Assembly (NCBI GenBank): GCA_973895155.1
Contig: OZ316891.1
Span: forward strand, 31,379,112 to 31,443,111
From: Marsupella aquatica
Taxonomy: Eukaryota > Plantae > Marchantiophyta
Reading direction: 5' to 3'
DNA length: 64,000 bases
Shown here: in pieces, positions 24,190-37,213 of the stretch
Position numbering within the stretch: the stretch's first letter is position 1
Layout: every line of letters begins with the position of its first letter
The notes under the pieces: generated by a model
Database searches by the model: none
Seen by the model: only the letters and a program-made list of their open reading frames with translations
What the model was told of the DNA's origin: nothing
Position numbers and translations under genes: made by a program

Positions 24190-24514
24190 GAGCCAACTCG
24201 CATGTAGTCTGCCCTACTGAGTGCAACCCCTAAGCTGAGAGTGTCATTCTCTTAATTCATAATTCTGCCATGCCGTAAGCCAAGGGTAGGCAGGCCTCAC
24301 AGCAGGTCTTATGGGACCCAAGGGCAAAGGCCGGACGTTCCGGCCCTTGCAGGTCCTGACCCTAGCGTGGCAAATAAAACAAAAGCACTGCATTGCAGAT
24401 GTTGAGCACAAGACCTTCGGTGAATTTTGTTGTTACCGCAGATCGAGCGGAATCCTGAACTGCCTCCATTCTAAGGGCCGCATTCCTTAGGGGCGACTAC
24501 ATGTGAGTTGGCCC
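24190..24514. mobile_element. Tourist-like MITE (PIF/Harbinger non-autonomous element), 325 bp
   Basis: TIRs GAGCCAACTCGCATGTAGTC and GGGCCAACTCACATGTAGTC (reverse complement of the right end), flanked by TAA on both sides. Confidence 0.88.
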
Positions 24515-27500
24515 TAAATGTTTCACTACCGGCACCCATAAACCACAAGAAAACCTTTTGTTTACCCAGATAACAGATTTCCTTTTTTATTCCTAAAAAC
24601 AACCATATTTGTTGGCCATCCCAGCATTAAATTGGGGTGGAATGATTAAATTGTAAGAAAGCTGGCTTGCGAGGACAGTCTGGTGGGCAGATAAGTTTTT
24701 AAGTGGCAAAAGGTCCCCAAATTCTACCTCCTCAAATCAGTTGCCGTCGTTTCTGGGTGCCATTGGCCAGTTTCCCATCACGCCACCCATCACTAAGCCT
24801 CAATCTCAGAGTTCTCCTGAGATCTAGGAGATTTAAATGTCAAAAACAAATGTGGGAACTTAATTTAAGGAAACTCTCCCATCCACACACACCAACCCTA
24901 CTGACCTGGCTCTCCGAGCTCAAGTCCCCTTGTCCCTTGAACTAGACCACCAGGCTTTTCAAGTGTACTATTGTATTCTTCTGTGCTTTTCCATGCCACA
25001 TATATCTACAATAGCTCTCAACTACCGTAGTGTGCTATGTGATTAGGCCTTTCAAGTGTACCTTTGTTTTGTATTATGATGTACTTTTCCCGTGCGTGGC
25101 TTCCACAGTTCCACTTGTCTACGGTACTTGTCACCAACCTTGGTGTTGATTAGACGTTCAAGTGTACTTTTGTTTTTGTATCATTCTTTACTTTTCCATG
25201 TGTGGCTTCCGTTTATCTATGGCACTTCTCACGCCAACCGAGGTGTCCTACAGTATGTGATTTGTGTTGCCCACCACCGGTCTCACATTTGGGGTGCTGC
25301 AAAGTTTAGGATTTGGTGCCCCTGTCTTTTATATCATAGCATCGCTACCTACATGACACTGCCAAAAGAACAGAAGGCGACAGAGGAAACGGGAAACCCA
25401 ACAAAAGAGGAGGAAACAAAGTAAACCCATGATGGTGTTGACAAGTGCCTGGTCTATTGGAGTGTTGAGTCAAACTAGTGGTCCATCGCAATGGTAACAA
25501 AACAAGAGAAACAACATTTTATACATAAACTGTCTTCTAGGTTTGACAAGTACCCATTAAGGACGGTGGAGCCCGGATGGCCCACCATGTTGGACATAGT
25601 CCTCTGGTGGACCACATTTTGCTGGTGGATGGAAAATTTGGGCTTATAACTTGTTGATTATAAATCTTAAAATGATTTTTAGTTTCTCACCTGCAAGGCA
25701 ACTAGAGAAGGAGGAGATATAAGGAACCACAAGCCTTATAATATCATATTAACAATGAAAAATAATCTAATAGAATTTACCTCTCCACATTCCACGATTC
25801 ATAACTCAACCAAAATGTCCACAAATTCATTGTCACTTTGATGGAAGTGTAGCTTACATACTTAGCACATCTTCAAAACTAGAAACTATTTAGATTTATG
25901 AACATCAAGTTTTACAATTAAACTCATATTTTGGGAAATGTGGTCCATGGGGGTTTCAAAATATCAAGGCTCTGGTCCATGGGACATCATTTTCACCCAT
26001 TACGGCTATCTACTAGTTTTATAAAATTAAAATAAAAGGCCAACCACTACTGTAGTAAACGGAGTGCACAGAGTGCCCAAGGATGGGTCCGATCCACAAG
26101 TTGCATCTTTGTATGTACATTTAAGTACTACCAGTTTAGATAGAGAACTTGTCAATTTAAAGTATGGTCCACACAGTCTCTATGTACACTAGGAGACGAA
26201 GACTATGTAGAGTAGGTCAAATAGGAATTTGTCAACGTCTAGCTTGCTATACTCTAGACTAGGTCACCTAGAAAGTTGTCAATGTACACTATGTTGCTAG
26301 ATTGCTAATGACCTGCTCAAATGATATTTTTCAGTGATACTTATTAAACTTGGCTTTAAGAATAATATCCCATTATCCCCAGTAAGGCACATGTTTACTT
26401 GCTCGTAACCACTATGTGGAATTCCATGTAGCGAACCTACAAATAGACATTGGACAGGTGTGGGAAAAAGTGTCCAGGAGGCACGCATCACCACTTTGCA
26501 TAGACTTCACTCATCTATCCGTTTTATATAAATTCTGCCCAATTACCTCTTTCCAATATTTTATATTCTGACATGGCAACCTTTGGGCTTAAAATATTGT
26601 AAGTGTTGCAAGAAAGGTTTTGAGGGGCTGTGATGTTTTCCACTTGGGAAAAAATCCAAGTTGTGTAAAATAATTCCTTTGAGGGCTTGTAGGCTGAGGG
26701 AAAGGTTGGCCTGAGGGGCTCATAGGCATACACCTGATGAGTGAGTATTGGAGAACCTATGCTTGGGAGTAGTCACAGTCCTGATCTGCACCAGTAACAC
26801 AAACAATTTAGACTAGGGAATCCCCTGACTGGCCAGATTGGCAAATCATGTTATGATCCATAACCGTCCATGCAATTACAAAAAATAATTCCAACCTGCA
26901 TGCTGGAAGATCATTCCCATGAGCCCTTATATTGTAAAATGTTTGAGAAATGAAATCCATACAAATTCCCAAAGATGATTGGTTCATTTTCGTGTTGTAT
27001 TTTCACTCATGGATGCAACATACACTATATTGAACAGAAAACATAGTTTTGCTGCAGTCAATCCGGATAACAAAAAATTATCTGAACATCTTGGCAAACA
27101 TAGAAGACCATACCTGTCGAGCTACATGCTTAATTGACCCCCATCCGACTCTTTCTTCCTTAATCAACCCCCAAAGTTCATTTCTTGCCCAATCGACCCC
27201 CATCGACAGTTTTGTACAAAAAGTACATCTATTCCCCTGTATTCTGCACTACTGGGAACGTGAACTACGTCAAACTATTAGGTGCGATGATTCTCGCCCA
27301 TGGTACACTTGCAGTCCTTCTGTGGTACACCCGCAGTCCGCCCGCGGTGGGGATTGTACCAGATGTGTAGGCCCTCTCCATTTGTGCCTGGATGCTGGAA
27401 AATTATGGTCGATTCCAAGTCACATATTGTAATAATATGAGCCCCAGTTCATGCTTTGCGATGACAATGGACTCTAAAAGGACACTTCACTATGTTCTGA

Positions 27501-29550
27501 ACTCCATCTGCATCATGTAGGGGTGGTGGCCTGAACCTCTTTAACTCCCCACAAGCACCAGTTGTAGATTGCTTTAAAACTTTCTGGCCCGCTTTGTGTG
27601 GGTTTGGTGCTCCAGACCCTGGCAACCACACAGTAATGTGCTTAACTATTGTTTGTGATGGGTTGTTGTACCTGTGTGACAATTGAGGTGTTCTGAGATG
27701 TGTTTGTTTGAAGAGTGGCAAGTGATGCACTAGATGGGCAGTAACAATGTCTCGGCCCATCTGGGCTTTTGTTCCAACAGCACTCACAGTTATAAAAGAA
27801 CATTTGGATTTATAATGGAATGAAAAAGCAATTCAAGCTGCACTCACTTGCCATGTAGCTAGCACATGACCTGCTTTTTCATGAGTGCAATTATCACCAA
27901 ACATAGTAAAGTCATCTGTAATGTCATGAATTTCCCATAAATTCTTGGGTGAGTTAAACTTTCACTACTAGGGGGCGAGAAACACGGCGAAACCCATTTT
28001 CTGTTTCCCCAACAGTGTCCGGCCCTTTTCACCACAAGTTAGGCCTAGGCGAGGGTGGCCCGACATTTCCCTCCCATTGCTCCCCAGGCCCATGTTTGTA
28101 CTGCATCCCTGCCTAGGCCCTCCAAAGCCGAGAGCCGCATTGAGCAGGCCCAATGTTCATTGCCTCCATCACTGCAAGCTCAGGCACTTCGCTCCATTGC
28201 TGCCAGCTTCTAGGAATTATCAGGCTGCAAGCTCTCAATTGCTGCGAGCTGGCAGCTTGGCTCCAATGCAAGCTGCTTCCTGAGATTGAGCTGCTTCCCA
28301 AGCTTGTGAGCTGCTTTCCTCCACTCAAGCTGCTTCCCTCCAGTGTGAGCTGCTTCTTGTAACCCCAGTACTAGGTTAACACATGTGAACACCTAAAACT
28401 CACCTTACTTATTTGCTAAACTAATCTGCTGCAGGGCAACTTTGGGAGGCTTTAAGGAAACACACCAAAATTAAAGCACATAGGGGGGAATCTGGCCAGG
28501 TTTATGGCCCTTTACATTAACCAGGGATAACTTTATAGATATAGCGTACAATAGAAAGAATAGAATAAAGATACTAGAAACGCTCACATTGCTCTGTAGT
28601 ATCCTACATAGTACTAGCCTTTGACTACCCATTCCTTGAAGGCAAAGATAGAGATGAGGAAAAAAAAGTACACTGCACAAAAAAGACCTTTGAGTAGGTG
28701 AGAAACTGGCAAATAGGACCAAAAAAACTATCTTTTGCTAAAAGTGGTGAAGACTTTTTGCAGACGTGTAATCTAGCAAAATATCGCCACTATAAAAAAA
28801 GGTTGGTCTACAGTAGAGGCTTGGCTTGACACTAGACGGTACGCCTTAAAAGGAGTTTACGTTCTCGAGTTATTAGTAAGATAGAATAAAGATCCTTGAA
28901 AGCGAGGGAGAGCCCAAAGATGTCCCATATTGACTGTATGCTGAGTCACGAGTTCGATGAGCAGAATCACCAAATCAGAGATTATCGCAGAGGAGTTTCC
29001 CATGATGAGTCAACGATGGTGCCGGCCGTATCAATAATGCCTGACTCGATAGCTTTTGCCGGCACCGCACCGCACACCCCACCTGGTACAATCAAGACTA
29101 GAAAATTGATTCCAGATAAACACAAGTGAAGAGAACCAAAAGGGAGAATATTTCCCTCGAGTGCCATGTAGCATGACACTCAGTCCCGTTGTCACGCATT
29201 GGGAACTCGAGAGTATCGACTCCCTCTCTGCGTGTGACAATTTACAGTTGCCCTCCGCAGATCAATTGTTGTGGGTGTCCTGCAGCACGGAACAGCGTTG
29301 TACCCCGATATTTAGGAAGGCCGAGCTCTCCTGCTATTAAACTGTGAAGCAGTCCAGTTACCCATAACGGAACGCATTCTTTCTAGAGGTTTACAGAAGA
29401 TTTCGGGACGCATTCTTCCAGAGGTTTACAGACGATTTCGGGTTTTCCCCTGCGGCGCGTTGCACTCGCAAGACAAGACGCGTTGGGAAGCTTTCCGAGT
29501 GATTTAGAAAGACTGTTTGATAAGCATTGCAGTGACATAGTTCGAGATCG

Positions 29551-32500
29551 ATGGGGATTCATGTGGAGGCTGCAACACAGAATTTGGCGGCATTCGTCTG
29601 TGGAAAAAATGTGCTACGAGTGCAGCCCTTCGACTTGTCCCCACATCTTGGTCAGTTGACATTGCCTCCCTCCACTCGCCTCGTCTTCACTGCTAATTAC
29701 GCTCGTGACTCTCTCCCCACATTACAACATTTGCACAGGTGAAGAGCGAGGGGAAATGTGTACTAGTCGTTTGCGAATGTGTACCTCCCGTCCAAGTCGT
29801 CTTTCTTGTAAGTTAAGCTTGATTTAAAAGAGGTAATTTACAAGAAAGAAATGAAGCACGCTGGGCCAGAGGTTAATTATTAGATTGAAGAGTTTGTGGA
29901 GAATGCTAATTGACCAAGCGGTGGTTGTTTGCAGGGCCTAATGAAGCTCGGATCGTAATCAAAGCAGTTGGAATCTGCGGAAGCGATGTTCACTACGTAA
30001 AGGTACCCTTAAAAACCATTTTCGAACATCCTGTATGTGTCCGAATGACAGTCCTCAGGATTCCTTTCGCAATGTTTTAGAGTCAATTAAGGCTCTACTC
30101 AGTCTTCCTCACATCACTTTTTACCAGCGACTTATCAATTTCCTGATCAGAAATTTCTCTGTATTTGGATAAAGGTCTGAGATCAGTATGTAACTTGTAG
30201 CATGCTGATGATCCCTTCTAATAGAGCACGTACAACGCTTCGTCGTCTTGAGCCATGAGCTTTCATTTCTCTGTAATTGACCCTAGTAATAGCTGTACTC
30301 ACATCGGTAGCCTCTGTTAAATGATAAACCTGGGGGACGATCGCCAGAGTTGTGCCTCTACTTAGAATCTGAACATTCCAAATGCCAGCGCATTCACTAT
30401 CATATTGCACATTACTCTGTTCGTCCGTGTTCCGGACGTGATCTAGTGAATACCAGAAAGTCTTTAAGATGGTAGACTTATATATGGTGCGTGAGGGATC
30501 CAGTTCCGTGCATTTTGTGTAAAAATTCAATCTTGCAAATGGCTGTGCTTTCCTTGTGTCCTGCCAGGCCAGGATGTAGTCAGGTCTTCCTAGTGTGCTG
30601 TGAAAGGTCAGTCAGTAAAAAGGGTCTTTGAGGAAAGCCGAGGTATAGGAATTGACCTGCATATGTGTGGTGTGTCGCAGCACATGCGATGTGCTGATTT
30701 TGAAGTGAAAGAACCTATGGTTATTGGACATGAATGTGCTGGGATTGTGGAGGCGATCGGTAGCAAAGTCCAAAATATTTCTGTGGGAGATAGGGTTGCT
30801 CTCGAGCCAGGGATCTCTTGCGGTCAGTGCACGACGTGCAAGGAGGGATACTATAATCTTTGCCCCGAGATGCAGTTTTTCGCAACGCCACCAGTTCATG
30901 GCTCTCTGGCGAACAAGGTGCGTCGAACTCCCGTCACCCACTCTTTACGGAAGCTGTGAGACTAGCTACTTATCTTTGTTTGAGACGGGATCAATCTTAC
31001 ACTAGCAGTCAGACAGCCATTCTGTGTACGCAAATAACTTCAGGTGATCAACAACATTCTCGGTATTATTTCTTCCAACGCTTCAAACTAATGGCGAGAG
31101 TCGAACTCTCTACTCATTGTGGTTCGCGAGGAGTCTAATCCATGGGTGTGAGGGATACCGAAACCTCTCATGTTCCCCCCCTCAAATTTCCCTCTCTTCT
31201 GTCGGTCGTTCTGAGCAAAGCTTGTCTACCTTAGTACGATGAGCAACTGCAGACGGAGCGCTCTAGCATGAGGGACAAAGTTGAGTAATTGTTCATTTCA
31301 CTCACGAGATGGAGTTCTTGTCGACACTCTGTATCTGAGAGCCATTTGAGTCGAGGATTTCTACTTTAGGCGACAGCTCTACGGAAAGATGGTGCCTCAG
31401 AATACTGGTCAACGGGGACGGATGGCCATATAATTGCTAGGGCTTTCTAAGGCTTAGCCATCTTGCTCTGTTAGTCTTTAACTTCTCAACCGCTGTTGTT
31501 CCCTTCATATGTAATCGCATATTTGTGAAAAGACTTACACACTACTTCGATCTTGTTTGCAGGTCGTCCACCCAGCAGATCTATGCTTCAAATTGCCGGA
31601 CAATGTGTCCCTGGAAGAAGGAGCGATGTGCGAGCCTTTGAGCGTGGGCGTTCACGCTTGTCGCCGGGCTGGCATCGGGGCTCATACGAGTGTGCTGATT
31701 ATAGGCGCCGGACCTATTGGTTTGGTGAGCATGCTCATCGCGCGTGCTTTCGGAGCTCCCCACATCATTCTGGCAGACGTCGATGCCGAACGTTTAAGAG
31801 TAGCAAAGGAAATGGGGGCTGACGCCACTGTTCTGGTCTCTACGAAAGATGTGGTGGGTAGTGACTAAACCTCTTCGTTTCGATCTTTACGAAATCTTCT
31901 CGGTTACTTTCACTCGATAACCGCCTTCTGCTTTAGATCTTAACTGGATTCGTAGCAGTTCAAGTGAAATGGCTAGGAATGAGGGAGGTGAAGAGGCTAG
32001 TATTCAGAGCTGATCGAATCATTTTTACCAAATTAGGAAGGTCTGCACGTCAGAGGTAGGACAGGATGAGATGAGCTTGAAAGTATGGAAAGGTTGCTAA
32101 ATTGGCAAAAAGAAGTGGGATCAAAACCAATTTTAGCTCACTGCAACATTTTTTTGGCTTTTCTGAGATTTTGGACTCTACTCAAGACGTAGCCCTGCTT
32201 CGTTTACAATCCAGGTTTTTCAAGTAGGTTCTTTCTAGATGCATTTTTCAAGGAAAAAATTGTCTACTAAATCCTACTGTAACGCTTCCGTATCGTAGCC
32301 ATTGTTTTTGTAAAGTTTTGCTCCAATTCCTGCAACATGCAAGTTCATGGTTATGATATGATGGCTCTTTGCTATATAATAACGGTGGGACCTGCCATGC
32401 TCAGGATGTCGATCAGGACGTTCTCAAACTCCGTGAGGCCATGGGCTCGAGCGAAATCGACGTGACCCTGGATTGTGTGGGCTTCTCCAAAACCATGACT

Positions 32501-33400
32501 ACTGCGCTCAAAGCTACAAGGACTGGTGGAGTAATATGCCTGGTGGGCATGGGACACAGTGAAATGACAATTCCTTTGACGCCTGCAGCCGCAAGGTTAT
32601 TCTTTGGGCCTTTTTAATCTTTGTATCTTTGCTGTGCTTCCCGTCACTTAAGTAGAATGAAGTCCTAAGCCGTGAGGTTATGCCACTTCCATTATAGCTT
32701 GGCATGGATTGTGTTTCCAATTTTGTTCTTTGCGAAAGTTCACCCAGTGTTTCCAATGTTGTTCTTAGGAAAAGTTCACCCTCTGTTTCAAGCTTAGACA
32801 GTGTTTTCCGATTTTGTTCCTTGCGAAGTAAAGCACCGCCGCTCATACTTTCCCGAGCTAGAAACACCTTTGGGCCGGCACTTAATTTACAGAAAGCACT
32901 CTCCCACTAGCTTAAATTAAATCCCCAAAAGCACTTTCTAAATGCTTCACTGTAGACGTTCACGATAGTGCGTTCCTCTGCAAATTATTTTTGTCAAAGC
33001 ATGTCAGTTCACATGGTGTATGGAGTGCTTTGCTGCACTCATCGAAGTCAAATGTTCTGTCAAAGCTTGTCGAATCAAATGGTTGATGCAGTCGAAGTCG
33101 TTGTCCCCTTTATTCAGTTTCCCGTTGTTGCACCACGCTAGCGTCCATTTACGTTCAGTTTCCACATTGCACTAATATGTTTCCGGTGACACAATTGAAA
33201 CCTGCAGGGAAATAGACTTGCGAGGTGTTTTCAGATACCGAAACACGTACCCGTTGTGTATCAACTTGTTGAGAACTGGGAAGATCGATGTAAAGCCTTT
33301 GATCACCCACCGCTTCGGATTTTCCCAAAAGGAGGTGGAGGACGCTTTTGCGACGAGTGCTGGCGGTGGTAAAGCCATCAAAGTTATGTTCAACCTTTAG
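29551..33400 (+). CDS. SDH: Sorbitol (L-iditol) dehydrogenase, zinc-dependent MDR family
   Basis: Exons about 29551-29650, 29935-30002, 30681-30917, 31563-31853, 32405-32595 and 33208-33400. Motifs GICGSDVHY, GHECAG, CGQCTTCKEGYYNLC, GAGPIG and C-terminal AIKVMFNL. Confidence 0.96.
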
Positions 33401-33973
33401 GGAGTTATGTCTCGCACCTTGACAATTGTGAGATCTTACTGTAGATGCGTTGATATCACCTTATTTCACATTCTAAAGTGTAAGATTCAGGGAAAGGTGC
33501 AGTACATGGATGTCAGCTGATAAATGTATACGTTGAAGACATAGGTGGGCACGACATTCTCCATGATTGTCAACCCGAAGAGCCCTCCACGTTCAGGAAG
33601 AGGGTTCATTATTTATCCTGACTCGAAAAAAAATACCATATGTTATATGGTCTCTACAGGATCTCGCACCCTGGCTTGGAGAGTTCCCCGCGTTATGTTC
33701 AACCTTCAGGGAATAACGTCTGTCTCGAAACTTGGGCATTGTAGATGCCGTGATATCACCTTATGTCACTTTCTAAAGTGTAACATTCTGGGAAAGGTAC
33801 AGTACATGGATGTCAGTTGATAAATGTATACGTTGAATATAGATGGACACAAAATTCTCCATTGTCAAGCTGAAGAGCCCTGCACGTTCAGAACGGGGGT
33901 TCATTATTTTCTCCTGACTAAAAAAAAATACCATATGTACTACAGGATCTCGCTGGCTTAGAACGTTCCCCGC
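33383..33973 (+). repeat. Diverged tandem duplication (~300 bp) of the SDH terminal codons and 3' UTR
   Basis: GTTATGTTCAACCTT...TTCTAAAGTGTAA...CAGTACATGGATGTCAG...TTCCCCGC occurs at 33383-33691 and again at 33692-33973. Confidence 0.9.
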
Positions 33974-36900
33974 CCATATAGCCACAGGAAACTCTATGCT
34001 GGACTATGAGTGGCTACTGGGAATACTCTCCAGAACAACATTCACATGCTATTGTAAATTCTATCGCAAATTCGAACATTGTGAGCTAACGCGAGTAGTG
34101 GGGGAGGGAAGCTTTAATCCCGGAAATCGTGCAATGGTTTTATCGACAGTATTGTTAGCAACGTCGAAAGTCCTGGCTTGACTAGTCATCTTAACTGTTT
34201 AATTTGTTATCACTGCGTAGAAGCTCAGATATTTTGACAACCTGATAAAATCTCATAAATGTTTAAATGTGCTCCAGTATATCTACTTTCAGTTGAGATT
34301 AGGTTGTAGAAACACAAAGTTTATATATGGAGTATGGAGGTCAATAACTTTACAAGGGAACTATTGTCCCGTTTGGGAATGTATGAAGCTTCTGTGAGCT
34401 ACATGTTGAATGTCCGGTGCAATTGTTTCTTCATGGTTGTAATTCTCCTAAGAGCATTCGCCCCAGCGGGTCAAAGTGTGCCTGCACTCGCAGTTCAGTG
34501 GTTTACAGATCGAGCCGTGGCACCAATTTTGGCTCCCACGTATGACTGCCATCCGCAAAGTTTTGGCAACCCCCTGCCGAAAGCTGTTACTGGACTGACT
34601 ATTGTGGCCTATTAAAAATCAATCGGATGGCCACACAAACACCACTTGGCCACAATTGGCAGCATGTCCATGGCGTATGGTCTGGCTTCTCACTACAATG
34701 CTAAAATACGAGGGCCAAATTTGACTGTACTCGCACTGTAGTACCGAGAGACGAGTGAAGTACTTCTGGAGGCGATCACTCGTCTCTTCGTGCATCCTAC
34801 ACGCGCGAGCATTGCACAAAGCTAGAAACCGGTGTCAGTGTGGACTAATTCTGGAAACCTGGCCCACACCGATAGAGATCGAACTTGGTTCAATATATGG
34901 TTCAAGGTGAGATAGACTTCAAGGGTTTCCAACACGGAGGGACACCACTGCTGGAGGCAATCTTACCGAAGTTTCCAATCGCTTGTAAGGATTTGAAAGT
35001 GCTACCCATACATCGAGCTTCAAATTGATCAATACAAGTAAATTTATTAGAGAGGTGGATATGTGGAGTTTTTATTTGGTAGAAATTATTAAACGTGAGA
35101 TTAAACGGAGAGTGGGATTTTTGAAAGGAGATATCTGATATCGGTCAGTTCCTGTCTGCTAGTGTGCATTTCTGATCAGTGGCTATTCGTGTTCTGCTGT
35201 CGACATCGACACTCACAAGTGGATGGTCGATCAGTGATGTAGTTGATCAGGATAGCTTGGCTGTCGATTCTGATCTCGACACTCACAAGTAGGTGATCAA
35301 TTCGACGTAGACGGTAGTGGCTCAAATTCCTTTCTGAATAACGACCACTGATCTTGACTCCTCCCAGTGAATGATCAAGCTTTGGTCGGGAGCGTAACTC
35401 CCTTTCGAACTAATACGACAGCAGACAAATTATGACTACTGTAGCTTTTCTCACTTGTTAAGTATAAGTTTCTTCAAGTAAAGTAAAGCGGGTGCGAACA
35501 TTCTCGCTTTCTGCTCATCATATGTATCTCATTGCTATAATTTATTTACCTGGTGTCCAGCTGTAGGCCAATTGTACTCATGTTAACATTATGTAAGCGA
35601 CCAAAAGTCAAAGGGACTCCAAAATTAAGCTTTGAATTGAGAACAAAATCTTCACTCATGCTGAGTGCGTTGGTCGATAAGCAACTTCAAGATTGAGGAT
35701 GAGGTCGAGAGGTGGAGCAAGCACTCGATCGGCTGCTGGATCAAAGAATTTTTGGAGTACACAACGATGCTCAAACCGACAACCCGCAGTAGCAAATTGA
35801 GAATTTGGCGATGTCTAGCTTAAGTTGTCATTGAATGACGATCAGTGGACTTCAATTTGATCTGTCGAGTACAAATTGTGGAGCTTCATATTGAAGAAGT
35901 CGACGTGTATTCAATTTAACCAGACCTCGATAGGTCTGTATAAAAGCCAAGCGGGAAGCCAAGGCCATGAAATAACGATCAGACCATCAAGATGTCAATC
36001 TTGAATCAATCTTCTGGGCTAAAGAAAAAAGTTGATCATCAAGTCTATTGAATCAGGAAAACCAAAAATAAGGAAAACCCAGAAAAGTAAGGAGTAGGGA
36101 AATTGAAGGCACAGGTGTGCACTTGAAACAAATTTCCAAAGAACTGAGAATAACCAGCGATGTTATATCAATCTTTGATCATAAATAGATCGCAGACTTT
36201 GAATTTCATTTAGACAAACCAGAGTTACTTCCCAGGGACGTAGGATTTAGTATATTTGAGGAGAGTTGTTTGACTTCCAAATGGCGTTGTGACTCTTTTC
36301 TCCTACAGTTTCATTGATATGTGAGTCTAAACAAACTCCTTGCTTGACAGAGTCTGCTCATGCTGCAGCAATCGCAACAACGGAAGGTAAATTCTCGAGG
36401 AAAACAGTGTCTCGGCTAACCAGCGCCCGAACCAGCGTGGTGTTTTCGTAATCGTTGTAAGCGTTTTCGTTTTTCCTGATAAGTTGATTTATTTTATTTT
36501 TGTGAGCGTTGTGTTTTCGGAATCGTTGATAAGTTGCGAGTGTCCTGTGGGCAGATTTATCTGTGAAGGGTTATCGTACAGTATAGAATACTGTACGTAG
36601 TAGAACAAGTGTGGGGTATGGTACTGCCTTACATCACTTAATTTGCTGTTATGTAACAAAACATTAGGCGTCTCTCCATATTAGACTCATGGCAGATTTA
36701 GAGCTTGTAACACGAATTAGAAACACCACTTTTGATGCCACATTTCTACATTGGCACCTTGACTGCTTGTGGCAGCAGAAAGCTATTCCCTGGGAAACCT
36801 GTGAAAAGGCCTGTGAACTGTGAACCTTGTGGCAGGTTAGTTTACAAAAGTTTAAACTTAAGGTGTCACTTTCCTCTAGTTTACACAAGTATCAAGTTAA

Positions 36901-37160
36901 GGTATCAATTTCCTTTGTAAAAACGTAGCCAATGTTTGCAGATTTTTCTTATTTTCTCGCAAGTGCTGTAGTTTGTGACTTCGAGCAGCGACTTGGGCTG
37001 CCATTGTACCTAAGTTCCCCTTCCCCGTGCTCATGTTCCTTCCCCTTAAAGTCACCGCCCTCATTATGTTTCTCTGAGAAAATTGCTCAAATGTTTCCAC
37101 AATTTATTTACAGTCAGATTCGGCAGCCTGCATTTTTTACTTTCTAATGTGTCATTGCTC

Positions 37161-37163
<3 letters not shown>

Positions 37164-37211
<48 letters not shown>
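37164..37211 (+). repeat. (GA)n microsatellite
   Basis: About 24 GA units. Confidence 0.95.

Positions 37212-37213
<2 letters not shown>

Noticed and set aside
27000-28400. Possible CACTA element or coding relic (CACTACTAG at 27963, CAAGCTGCTTC motifs)
   Set aside because: No matching opposite TIR or recognisable protein motif could be established by eye.
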